Below are positions 46,723 through 57,658 of a stretch of DNA of 64,000 bases, piece after piece (position 1 is the stretch's first letter; every line of letters starts with the position of its first letter). Location: IMG/VR virus record IMGVR_UViG_3300027850_000002, positions 1 through 64,000 of that record; one strand, 5' to 3'. Source of the stretch: a virus. Position numbers and translations under genes: made by a program. The notes under the pieces are model-generated. The model made no database searches, was not told the DNA's origin, and saw only the letters and a program-made list of their open reading frames with translations.

Positions 46723-47785
46723 TCCAAAGCCGCCCGATCCGTGGGAATCCGTCAAAGAAATGGGGACGGGGCTCGCTCGCGCGTCTTCAGCGCAGGGTGA
46801 TAAGTCGTCATCAGATGCCAACGCGCAGCGACCGGGCATCGAGTACGACCCCGATACCAAACAGCGCTTCTACGATACAGCGCCGGTCCCTACCAAACGT
46901 TTGCTAGGCTCCCCGCTCGCGCCCACAGGTCCGTTCTCGATCGGAAAGCAGCGTGAACGGTCATTGGTGCGCGGTTGGGATTCAGGACATCGGTCGCTGG
47001 ACTTCAACGCCGTCTCGGGCGAGCCCGTCTTCGCGATGGCCGATGGCACGGTCGTCTTCGTCGGATTCCAGTCAAAAACGATCGGGCTCGTGAACTTGGA
47101 GAGCGCGCACGCGGATTCCAAGGGCAACATCTACGGAGGCGGGTCCGACGCCGTCGCGACGCCTCGTGATGTTGGTGAAGGTGGCATCATCATCCAAATC
47201 CTCCACAGCGGGGATTTCGAAGGCTATCGCACCGAGTACTTCCGCCTCGACAGCGTCAGCGTCTCAGCCATCGCCCCGGGCAACCAAGTAACCGAGGGTC
47301 AGCAAATTGGAAAGGCCGGCGGTACCGGCGGTCCCGCAGGATTTTCGAAGAAAAATCCCGTGCTGCCCATCCAAGTCTCGTTCGTATCGGGCCCCATCGT
47401 AACCATCGTTCGTCCAACTGCCTTCGTTCCGAATGCCTGGCCCGGACATCAGGACTCGACGTCAGGTACAGGGTTAGGCAGCAGTATTGTGATGCCTATT
47501 TTGAATGCATTCGGTGCACAAACAATGGCGAGCGACGCCGCCGTTATTATCCAGAGCTTAGACCGGGCGACGTCGTTACAGAACCAAGACACGTCTGCCA
47601 CCAAATTGGCGCAATCACGGCACGACACCTTTATCCAACAGACGCTCAACAATCGACAGAGCACGCTGTATGCGGCGACGGCCGCGTTTAAGGAGCAGCC
47701 ATTCTCTAAGGTGACCGCTCCAATGGTGTTCGACTTCGAAAAGGGTGTGTGGGTGGTTGGCGGTATTGAACAAGGACCTCTCTAA
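46715..47785 (+). CDS. M23-fold protein lacking the HxH motif
   Basis: HRSLD, PVFAMADG.V, VTEGQQIGKAGGTG; PVLPIQV replaces PHLHFE. Confidence 0.75.
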   Translation: MADPKPPDPWESVKEMGTGLARASSAQGDKSSSDANAQRPGIEYDPDTKQRFYDTAPVPTKRLLGSPLAPTGPFSIGKQRERSLVRGWDSGHRSLDFNAVSGEPVFAMADGTVVFVGFQSKTIGLVNLESAHADSKGNIYGGGSDAVATPRDVGEGGIIIQILHSGDFEGYRTEYFRLDSVSVSAIAPGNQVTEGQQIGKAGGTGGPAGFSKKNPVLPIQVSFVSGPIVTIVRPTAFVPNAWPGHQDSTSGTGLGSSIVMPILNAFGAQTMASDAAVIIQSLDRATSLQNQDTSATKLAQSRHDTFIQQTLNNRQSTLYAATAAFKEQPFSKVTAPMVFDFEKGVWVVGGIEQGPL

Positions 47786-48231
47786 TGGCGTTTGACATCA
47801 ACATTCAGATCGTCCCCGCCTCGCGGTATACCGGAACTGCGTTTTATTCGTTCGGTCAAACACGTTCTCTGGGTGTACGGGGAATCCAGAAACTGGTGAA
47901 CATCTTTGCAAAGTACCTGTTGACGCCTGTAGGTACCGATCCTCTGGACATCACTTACGGAACCAATCTGACCAACCTCATCGGGTCCAATGTGTCCTTA
48001 AATGACGCCAGGGAAGTTTTGGACATGGCGGTCGAGAGTGCCGCCCAGGGCGTGCAAGCGTACCAATCGTTGCAGACGTCAGTAGATGACGACGAACGTC
48101 TCGCATCTGCCGTCGTGACCGACTACATTGCGATTCCAGACGGTCCTGGTTTCGCTGCTCAGGTCCTGATAACTAACGTCGCGAACCAGCAAATGCAGAT
48201 CGTGCTTCCCACGCTCGAGGTCCGCCAATGA
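47785..48231 (+). CDS. gp25-like baseplate wedge protein
   Basis: LLTPVGTDP..YGT.L..DERL; precedes J-like gene. Confidence 0.7.
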   Translation: MAFDINIQIVPASRYTGTAFYSFGQTRSLGVRGIQKLVNIFAKYLLTPVGTDPLDITYGTNLTNLIGSNVSLNDAREVLDMAVESAAQGVQAYQSLQTSVDDDERLASAVVTDYIAIPDGPGFAAQVLITNVANQQMQIVLPTLEVRQ

Positions 48232-50261
48232 GTACGACGATAACCATCAACCCCTCGGACGTATCGACCGCTGCCGACTTCCTGGAACAGTTCCTCTCGG
48301 ATCAGGTCACTGACGGGGATTTCAGTCGCGGAACGGCACTACGCGATCTAACCGTGCAAGCGGTTGCCGCCGTCGTCACATTTCTACGCAGTGATGCTGC
48401 ACAGATCCGCAAGATGCAGTCGCTCTTGTCGGTACGGGAGGCGGTGAACTCGGTCGGAGGTGACTCCGAAGCGTTGACGGATGCCGTCACTGCGATCTTG
48501 TCCAACTTCTTCGTCACGCCCAAGAGCGGTACGACGGCACGTGGCTACGCCATTGGACACGCGTCACAACAGGTCGATATCTTCATTGCAACGACCGTCC
48601 GCTTTACGTACAGCCGTGGGATTGTGTTCTCGGTTGATGCGGCGGACACGTTGTTTATCCCGAAGTCCGAGCTGACACCGATCATCGACGCAGACAACAC
48701 GGTCCTGGATTACGAGTTTCGGATTCCACTCGTCGCAGTCACCTCTGGCGCGGACTACAACATCCAGCCAGGGCTGTTCTCAGCGTTCGATCGATTCAAC
48801 CCGTACATCACACGCATCGAGACCACTGCTGAATTTTCAGGGGGTCGTGGGCCTGAGACGGTCGAGGAGGTGCTCGCGCGCGCCCCCACCGTCGTCGCGG
48901 TTCGCAATCTGATCAACTCGAGATCCATAAACGCGACCCTCGAAGACAATTTTGACAGCATCGAAAACATTCTTGTGATTGGAATGGGCGACCGTGAAAT
49001 GCAACGGGACATCGTTCCAACGATCGCACCCAACCTCAAGTTTCACGTTGGTGGCGCTGTCGACATCTACCTACGCACGGCGCTCGTTGAGACGTCGTTC
49101 ACAGGCGCAGTAGGCGGGGCGTTCGCGCGTCCTAATGGAGTCTCGACGATCTTCCGAGATGGTTCGGTGAGCTTCGCGGCCGTACTTCCAGGCGACATCA
49201 TCCGGGTCACCGCAGGCCTGCCCTCCGTCCCTGCAGAATTTCTCGTCGTAGAGAATGCCAGTTCAAATCTCGTCGTAAGTAGCCAGTCGCCCTTTCCAAT
49301 CGCGACAGACGAAGGCTCGCCGCCCACGACCGTGAATTATGTGATTGGACGTATCGGCCCGACGTACAACGATGTTGTGTTCGGTCTAGGCGGACTTCCT
49401 TACACGACGGGTTCGACGTCACGTCAGATCGGTACGCCGGGCCGTATCACGATGCCGGGCGGTCCCGTCATGGACATTTTGGACGTCGCCCTCATCAACC
49501 CTCCGCCGCCCGAAGCTGCATACAAGTCGACGCTCGACGGATTCGTGCACTACCCCAACCACGTCAATCAGACGCCGCAGCAATCCGCGTCGCCGACGCA
49601 AGGGCTACAGTTTCAAACGGTCGTCCATGCGCCGCTCGAAGCGCAAAGCACTCTCCAGTGGATGGAGGTCGTCGTTGGTACGGACATGTTCCCGACGCGG
49701 TTTGATACCTACCGGCTGCGGGTCCGCTACCGTACCCTGCAGTCGTTTGCGGTCATTGATTCATTCGTGCGCGGAACCCGTGAGCGGGTAAGCGCGGCCT
49801 TCCAGTTGCCTCGAGGACACCACCCTGTCTTGGTGTCCATGTTCTTGACGTACACGCTCAAGAGTACGGCTGTGACGACGCTTGATAACGATGCCATCGC
49901 CCTGACCATCATCGATTACGTCAACGCATTCGACGCATCGATCTCCTCGATCGATGTCTCAACTGTGATTCAGCTCGTCAAGAACACGTACCCTGACATT
50001 GCCAACATTGTACCGTCTGCGCTTGGTCTTCCGTTGTTGCAGATTGACTACGCGTTGCGGGCACCCACAGGTGACGTGCTTTCGTACAGTACGGCGGATG
50101 TTGTGAGTGTTGAATTGAGTAAACAGGTCGCGGGGCCTATTCCTCCAACGTGGCTGTTTAACGGGTCTCCCGTAACACTCGAGAGTCTCGGCGTTACCAA
50201 CCGCACGCTTCGCTATATTGCCAATGAGACCAGCATCGTTGCGCAGCAGGACGGAACCTAA
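48228..50261 (+). CDS. Baseplate J-like protein
   Basis: GTALRDL, A...G..YNI..G, FSGGRGPETVEE. Confidence 0.75.
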   Translation: MSTTITINPSDVSTAADFLEQFLSDQVTDGDFSRGTALRDLTVQAVAAVVTFLRSDAAQIRKMQSLLSVREAVNSVGGDSEALTDAVTAILSNFFVTPKSGTTARGYAIGHASQQVDIFIATTVRFTYSRGIVFSVDAADTLFIPKSELTPIIDADNTVLDYEFRIPLVAVTSGADYNIQPGLFSAFDRFNPYITRIETTAEFSGGRGPETVEEVLARAPTVVAVRNLINSRSINATLEDNFDSIENILVIGMGDREMQRDIVPTIAPNLKFHVGGAVDIYLRTALVETSFTGAVGGAFARPNGVSTIFRDGSVSFAAVLPGDIIRVTAGLPSVPAEFLVVENASSNLVVSSQSPFPIATDEGSPPTTVNYVIGRIGPTYNDVVFGLGGLPYTTGSTSRQIGTPGRITMPGGPVMDILDVALINPPPPEAAYKSTLDGFVHYPNHVNQTPQQSASPTQGLQFQTVVHAPLEAQSTLQWMEVVVGTDMFPTRFDTYRLRVRYRTLQSFAVIDSFVRGTRERVSAAFQLPRGHHPVLVSMFLTYTLKSTAVTTLDNDAIALTIIDYVNAFDASISSIDVSTVIQLVKNTYPDIANIVPSALGLPLLQIDYALRAPTGDVLSYSTADVVSVELSKQVAGPIPPTWLFNGSPVTLESLGVTNRTLRYIANETSIVAQQDGT

Positions 50262-52654
50262 TGCCAGCCGTCGGATATCAATACAATTTCATCTTAGGTC
50301 TGTCGGATTTCTGGCAGCGTTTCTTTGCGGATGCAGACCAGCTCGAGACGCTCTATCACGGCTCTGCGATTCTTATTGGTCAGGCGTATCTGGACCTAAT
50401 GTCAGCGACGCTCGGCATCTCTCTTCGAGATTCTGTTGCGCTTGATCGCGAATTTTATCACCTGCTCGCGATGCGCGAAGACGAGATCCGTTTCGTCGAA
50501 GGCGCTACGGTCAACGCTGACCGTTGGGCCTACACTCTTCCAGATCCTGTTGTCGCCTTCGTCTCGATTGACAACCGTGTTATCGAACCCACCGCGTCTC
50601 TCGAAGACCAGCGTGACTACGACGTCGTCAACCGTGTGGTCCTATTCAAGGTCGACCCCACGAACCCAACCAACAACGGTCTGCCCTTGGCGGGCTATGC
50701 TCGAAGGTCCCTCGATGTGTCCGTCGGTGGAAGTTTCACCGATCCGTTTGTCGCAGCGTGGGCATCAACCACACCCGTTAAGAAGGGCGACACACTACGT
50801 CTTCTTGACGTTGGAACCGACGGAGCACAGCGACGTCGTCAGGATTACCAAATCGTCGTCGTGCGAGAACCTGCCATCTTCGTGTCCAAAGATGTAGCGC
50901 TTCCTCCTCCTGCGTCCAATATCAACTACGTCATTCTACGATGCCCGGCGAACCCTGTAGTTATAGCCGAACCGTTCACTCTCGTTGCAGGTGTTCCATA
51001 TAACTACGCGCAACTGGCGCACACGCGCATCCATTACAAATCGGTGCGCGTGTTTGCCAAGAGGCTTTCGGACGGCCAGGACGTAGTTGAGGATGTCGAT
51101 TACATCATCAATTACGAAGGCGGGTTGATCTTCCAGGTCACGGCGTGGCAAGGCGCGAGTCCTTACGCAGTTGACTATACGTGGATGAAGGAGGTCTATC
51201 CGATTGCAGGTCCGGTGCCCCGTCTGTCCATGACAGGAAGGATCGTCGCATCCTCGACGGTCGTTCGCGTTCTGCAGATGGCGGCGTGGACCCCCGAGAC
51301 GTTGGTTGATCGTCGGACGCTCGCTAACAACTTCGGCGCGCTCATTGGACGTCAGTCTGATAGCAGCGAGTTGTACCGCTCGTTTCTCGAGGGGATTTTC
51401 CAGCTCTACATCCTTGGACCTGTACTCGAGCGCATCGAGAGCGCGCTCAACGTAGTGCTCAACCTTCCAGTGGTTCGTGATGACGGTGAGGTCTACATCG
51501 CCACCGATTTCTCTGATTCGATCGTCGATCGAGTCTTGACGACACGGCCTTCTACCAACCAGACCGCGACGTATGAGTTTCCCAAGGGAACACCGTTCCG
51601 CGTCGACCTAGTGCCCGGCCTTGTGCTCGAATCGTTCGAGCCCTTTACGACCGCCGTCGCCGTAACGGACTATGTTCAATCGCCGTCGTGGTGGTACGGC
51701 GAGATCATCCCAGAAAACTTGTTTTCGCCAGTTGCCGGAAGTGTGCCCCCGATCTTTCGACGTATCGCGAGCCCGTACTACGTCGAGAATGTGGTCGGCG
51801 CTCCTGACGATCCCCAAGTCGGAGACCCGGGTCTTCACGTAGGTACTGACGAAACGGGCGTCCCCTTGGTACCGACACCGACACGAATCTATCGACACCG
51901 TATGGCGTTCGTGTTGATGGACCGATATCTCAAATACCATACGTTCTCGGTCAAGTTCGACGCGCTTGCACTGTCCGCATCTGGTGGTGGCGGCTTTGCG
52001 CAAAGTCTGCGTGACTTGAATGAGTTGGTGTTATCGGCAAAGCCGTCGCACACATACGTGTTCACCACGCCCACAACTGCGTTTCGTGACGAAATACAAG
52101 TCAAGGAAGATTCCATATCCTTCAATCGATTGGTCGGTTCCCGTGTTTACGGTCCTGACAAGGTCCTTTTCACTGACGATCCGCCGGTGGTTGGTGCAGG
52201 TATCTGGAACGTGGGTGACTACTTCAAGTACGAGTCGTTCACAGTGTTGACTTTGTTGCCTTTGGCAGTGCCCGTGACATTGGCAAATACACCGGCATTG
52301 CCACATTTCGGACGTTTGGTCCGCGCGTTTATCGCTGGAGATGTCGCAGGTGTCGCGCTCGTCGAAAACGTCGACTACACCGTCAACTATGCGGCACGCC
52401 AAATCACGCGGCTGACCGCATGGACGACGGACACGGTCAACGTGACCTATACCCAGCTCAACATCGGGAATCTCGCTGACGCTCCGATCGCCGTCGCCAA
52501 TATGCCGCTCTTGGTGAACGGCGTCGATCCCGCGCACATCACGGGTGCGTTCAGTGCTTCCGCGGCTGGTTGGGATGGTGTTACAACGCCACCATCTGCT
52601 CCGCGGGACATCGGCATGGTGGAACGCGCGCTCATCGTGTACGCACACCCGTAA
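50261..52654 (+). CDS. Baseplate wedge / tail structural protein
   Basis: NNFG.LIG..GP....IE.ALN..L..P; AKPSHT; repeated VE.VDY..NY. Confidence 0.65.
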   Translation: MPAVGYQYNFILGLSDFWQRFFADADQLETLYHGSAILIGQAYLDLMSATLGISLRDSVALDREFYHLLAMREDEIRFVEGATVNADRWAYTLPDPVVAFVSIDNRVIEPTASLEDQRDYDVVNRVVLFKVDPTNPTNNGLPLAGYARRSLDVSVGGSFTDPFVAAWASTTPVKKGDTLRLLDVGTDGAQRRRQDYQIVVVREPAIFVSKDVALPPPASNINYVILRCPANPVVIAEPFTLVAGVPYNYAQLAHTRIHYKSVRVFAKRLSDGQDVVEDVDYIINYEGGLIFQVTAWQGASPYAVDYTWMKEVYPIAGPVPRLSMTGRIVASSTVVRVLQMAAWTPETLVDRRTLANNFGALIGRQSDSSELYRSFLEGIFQLYILGPVLERIESALNVVLNLPVVRDDGEVYIATDFSDSIVDRVLTTRPSTNQTATYEFPKGTPFRVDLVPGLVLESFEPFTTAVAVTDYVQSPSWWYGEIIPENLFSPVAGSVPPIFRRIASPYYVENVVGAPDDPQVGDPGLHVGTDETGVPLVPTPTRIYRHRMAFVLMDRYLKYHTFSVKFDALALSASGGGGFAQSLRDLNELVLSAKPSHTYVFTTPTTAFRDEIQVKEDSISFNRLVGSRVYGPDKVLFTDDPPVVGAGIWNVGDYFKYESFTVLTLLPLAVPVTLANTPALPHFGRLVRAFIAGDVAGVALVENVDYTVNYAARQITRLTAWTTDTVNVTYTQLNIGNLADAPIAVANMPLLVNGVDPAHITGAFSASAAGWDGVTTPPSAPRDIGMVERALIVYAHP

Positions 52655-52663
52655 CCCTATAAT
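52655..52663 (+). promoter_or_regulatory. Candidate late promoter CCCTATAAT
   Basis: 11 nt upstream of ATG 52675. Confidence 0.55.
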
Positions 52664-52674
52664 TACCCGGAACC

Positions 52675-53211
52675 ATGCGAAAAACCCTACACGCCAGCGA
52701 AGGCCTTCCGATGATGGGGACCATCAGCATGGTCATTCGCGACGCGAAAACATTGAAGGTGCAGAAGCGGATCACGATCCGCAACAAAATCACCTTCCTT
52801 GCAGCAGACCTTCTGGTCGAGCTGATCGCACAACGCGCCACGGACCCCGTTCCTGGCCGGGACCTCATCTACTCGATGCGCATGGGCAGTTCAAACACTG
52901 CAGCTGCGCGCTCGGACACGAACCTTGGTGCATTCGTCGTCGGCAAGGTGATCGGTGACGTCGGTAAGGTCACCGGCGCCCCTGGCGAGATCAAGTTCAT
53001 CGCGACGCTTGATTCAGGTGATGCCAACGGTTTCACACTCCGAGAAGCGGGCCTTTTCACGGCAGGGGCGACGCCTTCAACGAACGACGCCCCGGGTAAC
53101 ACGCCAGGCGTCACCCGTATGTTCGCGCGTCAGGTCTATCCGGACGTGCCCAAGACAGTTGCAATCGTGATCGATTACAGCTGGACCATCGCATTCACTG
53201 CTGTTCCCTGA
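52675..53211 (+). CDS. Tail fibre/collar N-terminal-like protein
   Basis: N.IT..G..DT.L..ANG..LREAGLF..MFAR..K..WTI.F. Confidence 0.7.
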   Translation: MRKTLHASEGLPMMGTISMVIRDAKTLKVQKRITIRNKITFLAADLLVELIAQRATDPVPGRDLIYSMRMGSSNTAAARSDTNLGAFVVGKVIGDVGKVTGAPGEIKFIATLDSGDANGFTLREAGLFTAGATPSTNDAPGNTPGVTRMFARQVYPDVPKTVAIVIDYSWTIAFTAVP

Positions 53212-53235
53212 TCTTCGCCTTCAAGAGGTCTCCCC

Positions 53236-56200
53236 ATGCCCGGCCCTGTGAAACAGTTCCTTGACTACTCTTCGAACACGGCGAACGACACCGGCGAGAA
53301 CAACGCTGCGTCAGTCCAGCCGATTGCCAACGGCGAGACCGTTGAACAAACTGTTCTAAACCGGCCCGGCGAAAGTTTGCGTCAACGCACGGAAGCGATC
53401 CGCAACCTTGAGGCGGACAGCCTCTATCTGCGAGACGCGGACCGGCAGCTCATCCTTGCGGGCCCCGGCAAGGTCACCTGGCCGGGAAGCACGACCGCGG
53501 CGGCCTCCGGCATTCCTGTCATCGACAACAACCTCTTCCTGCTCCCGATGCTCACACCGGGATTTCCGCAGGTCACGCCGGTTCCGCCGGTGGCGTCCGC
53601 CTTCGGTGCGCTCCACCTCAAGCGCGCCAGCGACAGCATGAATTCGATCTCGGTCACCAGCCAGCGCCGGAGCTACGCGGCGGGTGATCAGATCAACGTC
53701 GTCGTCACGCCGGGCGCCGCGTTCTCGTGTGTGCTTGACGTCGAGACGACGTATCAACGGACGATCAAGATCGTCGGTGTGGTTGGCGTGACAACGCTCG
53801 CACAGACGATCACGGCCCTCAACGGGCTCACGCCGACCGCTCCCGACAACACACAGCTCGTACTCGCTGCACTCGAGGGTGGTGCCATTGGATCAGACCT
53901 CCTGCTGACGACGCAGGCCAAGCAGTACGTCACGGGCAACTACGACGGTGAAGGGCACACCATCACCCCCATGAATCTCGCGGGCTTCTTTGTTACGAAC
54001 CCGCTGCAGGCTTTGGGCGAAGGCGACAGCCTTTGCGTCAACTTCCCTATGGTCTCGGACACTGCATCCGTGGGCGGACGTCGACAAGCCCTCCCTGAGA
54101 ATTCGAACACCGCGATTGCGTCGGGTGCTTTTTTCAACAGTCGCGTCCATCCCGAGAACCTCGTCAACGCGCTGCCCATCTGCAAGGTTATCAACGGCAA
54201 CCTGGTGTTCGGCACTGGCGTTGAGATCCCTGCGGGCGCCACCAACGTGTCGCTCAGCACGGAAGACCTGGGTTCGCGCATCATGCGAAACGCGGGGTTC
54301 GAGCACGGCGTCACGCTCAGCACCGCGCGGTTCGGTATCTCCGACTGGGAGAACCGTTCGGACTTGGCAGTCAACGGCGGCTTTCGTTTGAATACGACGA
54401 CACCGCTCACAGGCGCCAAGCAGCTCGAGTTCAACCAAACAAGTGCTTCGGCGGCCACTGGACGCATCGAACAGCCACAGGAAATCGCCGTCAATCCAGG
54501 ACAGAACATTCGCGTCACTGCCGCCGTACGGCAGCTGATTGCCCCAACGGCTGGGCAGTACTCCGTTGTTTTGTACTGGGGCGATACGAACAGCGGTGCG
54601 TCGGGCAATACGACCATCGCGCTTCAGGTGCTTGCGTCCACGGACCCGACATACCGCCAGATCGCGCAGACGGTCGTGGTGCCCGCGGGCAAGCACTTCT
54701 TGAAGCACGTGACTATCGAAGTCACGGGCGTCACCCTCGGCGTGCCCGGTGTATCGCTGCTTGTTGACGATATCCAGGTCGTCGTCGAGACGCAGACGGG
54801 CATGACGCCCGCAGTCGACAACGTGCTCATGCGTCCTCAGACCGTGGACGCCGTGATCGTCGAGGACCCGACAACCTACGCACTTGGTCAGCTCGCCGCG
54901 TTGCTGCGTATGGACAAGGCCGTGCCTGCGTTGGAGGGTCGAACGATCCTCGAGCGTAAGGACCAGGATTACACCGCCGGGAATCTGCCGCCGGCGCTAG
55001 CGCTGTTCGGCCGTCTGTTCCAACTCGGATCCAAGTTGCTGGATTCGGAAGCTCACGCACTCAAGCCGCGTGTGTCCGCGGACTTTGCCGCGCTCGCGGG
55101 CGTGGACTTTACGCTCATGTGGGAATCTGGTCGTGAAGGTGAAGTTGCGGGTACGTACACGCAGCCTGTAACCCGTCTTTACACATCAAACGACGGGCAG
55201 TGGATTCACACGTCCAATGCCGCGTGGGGCGGCGCTACTTGGACCAAAGATGTCGCGGGGCAACCTGCCACCAAGTTCGGCATGGGCAAGGACGGACTGC
55301 GTATTCAAACGCGGGTCAGTGATGTCGCGTGGAATGATGCAGCATGGGCAGCCACGTACCGATTCACGAATCCGCTCGAAAGCGCATCCGACGCACGCAC
55401 TCCGCGCATGACGATGACGGGGTTCGACGGTGCTTCTGTTAACGAGTTCACTCAGTTGTTCGCCCTCAATTTCACAGGGTACACGCTCCGACTTTACGTT
55501 GGGCACCTGACTGACAACGTCGACCTTGCTCTAACGTTCAATGCACAGTGGAACGGGACTGGCTGGGTCAAGGACACCTCGGGCAAAGTTTCAACACGTA
55601 TCTACATAGGCTCTCTTGGTGCAACGTCTGCAGATACAAGCCGACTCAACATCTACCATCAGACGTGCAAGACGACGGATACGTTCCCAGAGTCTGATTG
55701 GACGGCGTCGCCGACCACGGCAACACCGACGGGAACGGGCGGCACGCTCATCACAGGACGTGTGTATGGCGGGGCCACGGCAACGGGCAGCACACCCAAC
55801 CCGCAAGGCCGACTCACTGCAGCGCCTGACGGGTTTGGCGACGGCGTCACATCGTCCTCGTTCGTTATCGATTCGCTCGAGTGCATTGAGACCCCGAACG
55901 TCGCGGTAGGAACCTACGGCGACCTCTGGTCCAACGGCGGAATGATCTTCGAGGAGTTCTTCAACAACGTTGCGCCCAGCGGTTGGCAGGCCGCGACATC
56001 AGGCGCAGGTGTCGTCGAATTCAACTACGAAAACCTTTCTCGCATCCGGTTGAACCCAGGCGCTTCTGATTCGGCTGGAATCCGAACCAATGGATTGGTG
56101 TTTCAGGCTGCGTACAGCTCCTTCACGATCGAGATGCGATACGTCAACGTGCTCGGCAAGTCGCAAATCGGCTACATGGACAGCGCGGCAAATCCAGACA

Positions 56201-56547
56201 TCGCGTTCTTGCAGGACAGTGCAGTTTACGGTGATGAAAATATCCGATTGGTCGTGCGTACAGGCGCCGGACTCCAGGTTCTCAACACCGGCATCAACGT
56301 TTCAACAATCGCGGATGACTGGGTCAAGATGCGTGTATTTGCACGCGGTGGAACAGGCCTGATCACAACAACATCCGTCTTCTGGCGTATCCAGGCCAAA
56401 AAGGGCAGTGGAGGCGGTGTGTTTACGCCAGGCGGAACTGTTGTCAATCCGGGCGCCGGTCGTGTGTGGCGTGCGGACGCTCAAAACGGCGCGTTGGTTG
56501 TCATCGATCGCGTGAGTCTTGGCGGCAAGAGCAACTTCTCGTTGTAA
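53236..56547 (+). CDS. Tail fibre / receptor-binding protein with CBM-like beta-sandwich
   Basis: 1103 aa, beta-rich; NRP..L..RTE N-terminus; IMRNAGFE..W..VDDIQV CBM-like module. Confidence 0.65.
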   Translation: MPGPVKQFLDYSSNTANDTGENNAASVQPIANGETVEQTVLNRPGESLRQRTEAIRNLEADSLYLRDADRQLILAGPGKVTWPGSTTAAASGIPVIDNNLFLLPMLTPGFPQVTPVPPVASAFGALHLKRASDSMNSISVTSQRRSYAAGDQINVVVTPGAAFSCVLDVETTYQRTIKIVGVVGVTTLAQTITALNGLTPTAPDNTQLVLAALEGGAIGSDLLLTTQAKQYVTGNYDGEGHTITPMNLAGFFVTNPLQALGEGDSLCVNFPMVSDTASVGGRRQALPENSNTAIASGAFFNSRVHPENLVNALPICKVINGNLVFGTGVEIPAGATNVSLSTEDLGSRIMRNAGFEHGVTLSTARFGISDWENRSDLAVNGGFRLNTTTPLTGAKQLEFNQTSASAATGRIEQPQEIAVNPGQNIRVTAAVRQLIAPTAGQYSVVLYWGDTNSGASGNTTIALQVLASTDPTYRQIAQTVVVPAGKHFLKHVTIEVTGVTLGVPGVSLLVDDIQVVVETQTGMTPAVDNVLMRPQTVDAVIVEDPTTYALGQLAALLRMDKAVPALEGRTILERKDQDYTAGNLPPALALFGRLFQLGSKLLDSEAHALKPRVSADFAALAGVDFTLMWESGREGEVAGTYTQPVTRLYTSNDGQWIHTSNAAWGGATWTKDVAGQPATKFGMGKDGLRIQTRVSDVAWNDAAWAATYRFTNPLESASDARTPRMTMTGFDGASVNEFTQLFALNFTGYTLRLYVGHLTDNVDLALTFNAQWNGTGWVKDTSGKVSTRIYIGSLGATSADTSRLNIYHQTCKTTDTFPESDWTASPTTATPTGTGGTLITGRVYGGATATGSTPNPQGRLTAAPDGFGDGVTSSSFVIDSLECIETPNVAVGTYGDLWSNGGMIFEEFFNNVAPSGWQAATSGAGVVEFNYENLSRIRLNPGASDSAGIRTNGLVFQAAYSSFTIEMRYVNVLGKSQIGYMDSAANPDIAFLQDSAVYGDENIRLVVRTGAGLQVLNTGINVSTIADDWVKMRVFARGGTGLITTTSVFWRIQAKKGSGGGVFTPGGTVVNPGAGRVWRADAQNGALVVIDRVSLGGKSNFSL

Positions 56548-56557
56548 GAGGTGAAAC

Positions 56558-57133
56558 ATGTCCCACAGCATCAACATCGACCTGCTTGAACAAATCGGCG
56601 CGTGCCGCCCGCACTGCATCAAACTGCGCGAAATCTTCCCGAACGGAGTGGTCGCGTTTGATGCGGAACACTTCCCTGAACTTCAAGACAAGAAGGTTCA
56701 GGTCTTTTGGGGGACAGCGCTGCTGTCACGAGAGCAGCAAATAGCGCTCGCGCTGTCCTGGTACGACCGTGCCTTGACCGCTCAGACCCCGACGTGGAAG
56801 ACGGCGCTCCGTACGTTGATCCAAACACCTGAACTGTCAGCCGCTGCGTTGCAGTTGAGTGCACGTCTCATTGAGCGTCGTGCGGTAGCCGCTACAGACG
56901 TTGCTGCTACTGCAACCGCGGGTGTTGGATACGCTGCTGCCGCATTCGCAGGCAAGTTCGCTGAGACGGTTCCGGACATGGAGCGGCTACTGGCCGCTGT
57001 GATGGTGTTGGCGCAATGGTGCGCGCAAGCTGCATCAGTCGCCGAATCGAAGACAATGGACGAAGTGCTCGACGAGTTTCGTTCGGACGTGTGGACTGCG
57101 CTCGAGAAGCACGGCCCGACTCTTCCTGCCTAA
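56558..57133 (+). CDS. Hypothetical protein
   Basis: GAGG RBS; LEQIGAC....LREIFPNG. Confidence 0.6.
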   Translation: MSHSINIDLLEQIGACRPHCIKLREIFPNGVVAFDAEHFPELQDKKVQVFWGTALLSREQQIALALSWYDRALTAQTPTWKTALRTLIQTPELSAAALQLSARLIERRAVAATDVAATATAGVGYAAAAFAGKFAETVPDMERLLAAVMVLAQWCAQAASVAESKTMDEVLDEFRSDVWTALEKHGPTLPA

Positions 57134-57417
57134 GGAACTTCACGAACGATCGGTTCGCCGCCACCACCGACCACCCGGCAACCAAACTCCACCCAGCGCA
57201 CTCGCTTCCCTGCCCGGTGGAACTCGACAACGACGCCGCCCTGGCTGGGCAGCTCTTCGTTCATCGGCGTCTGCCAGTCGTACAGCGACTTTACGATGAC
57301 ACTGTCGTAGGCCGGATGGTCGCTCTCGTAGCAACCGAGGCCTTTCTGCAGGTAGTGGAACGCGTGCCGTTTCAACATGGGGGTCAGGCCCAGCTTGTGG
57401 TCGATCCGAGACGTCAT
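57130..57417 (-). CDS. Hypothetical protein
   Basis: ATGA-coupled ORF. Confidence 0.5.
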   Translation of the reverse strand: MTSRIDHKLGLTPMLKRHAFHYLQKGLGCYESDHPAYDSVIVKSLYDWQTPMNEELPSQGGVVVEFHRAGKRVRWVEFGCRVVGGGGEPIVREVP

Positions 57418-57638
57418 CCTGCGCGCTTGGCGGTAGTCATGCCCCCGACCGTCTCAATGACGGAGAACTGCTCGTAGGTGAAGCTACCGATGTCACCCCG
57501 GCGAATCACCAGCTTGATGAGTCTCGCATTTGTCATGCAGCCATCACAAATGGCAGTCGCGGTCTTGCCCTTGGATGTGACGACGACGCCATCGTTGCTG
57601 GCGTCAAACGGCACGTTACAGTTGGAGCAAGTATGCAT
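57414..57638 (-). CDS. Small zinc-finger protein
   Basis: CSNC...CDGC. Confidence 0.55.
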   Translation of the reverse strand: MHTCSNCNVPFDASNDGVVVTSKGKTATAICDGCMTNARLIKLVIRRGDIGSFTYEQFSVIETVGGMTTAKRAG

Positions 57639-57658
57639 CTAGTACGTTTACCGCGCAA

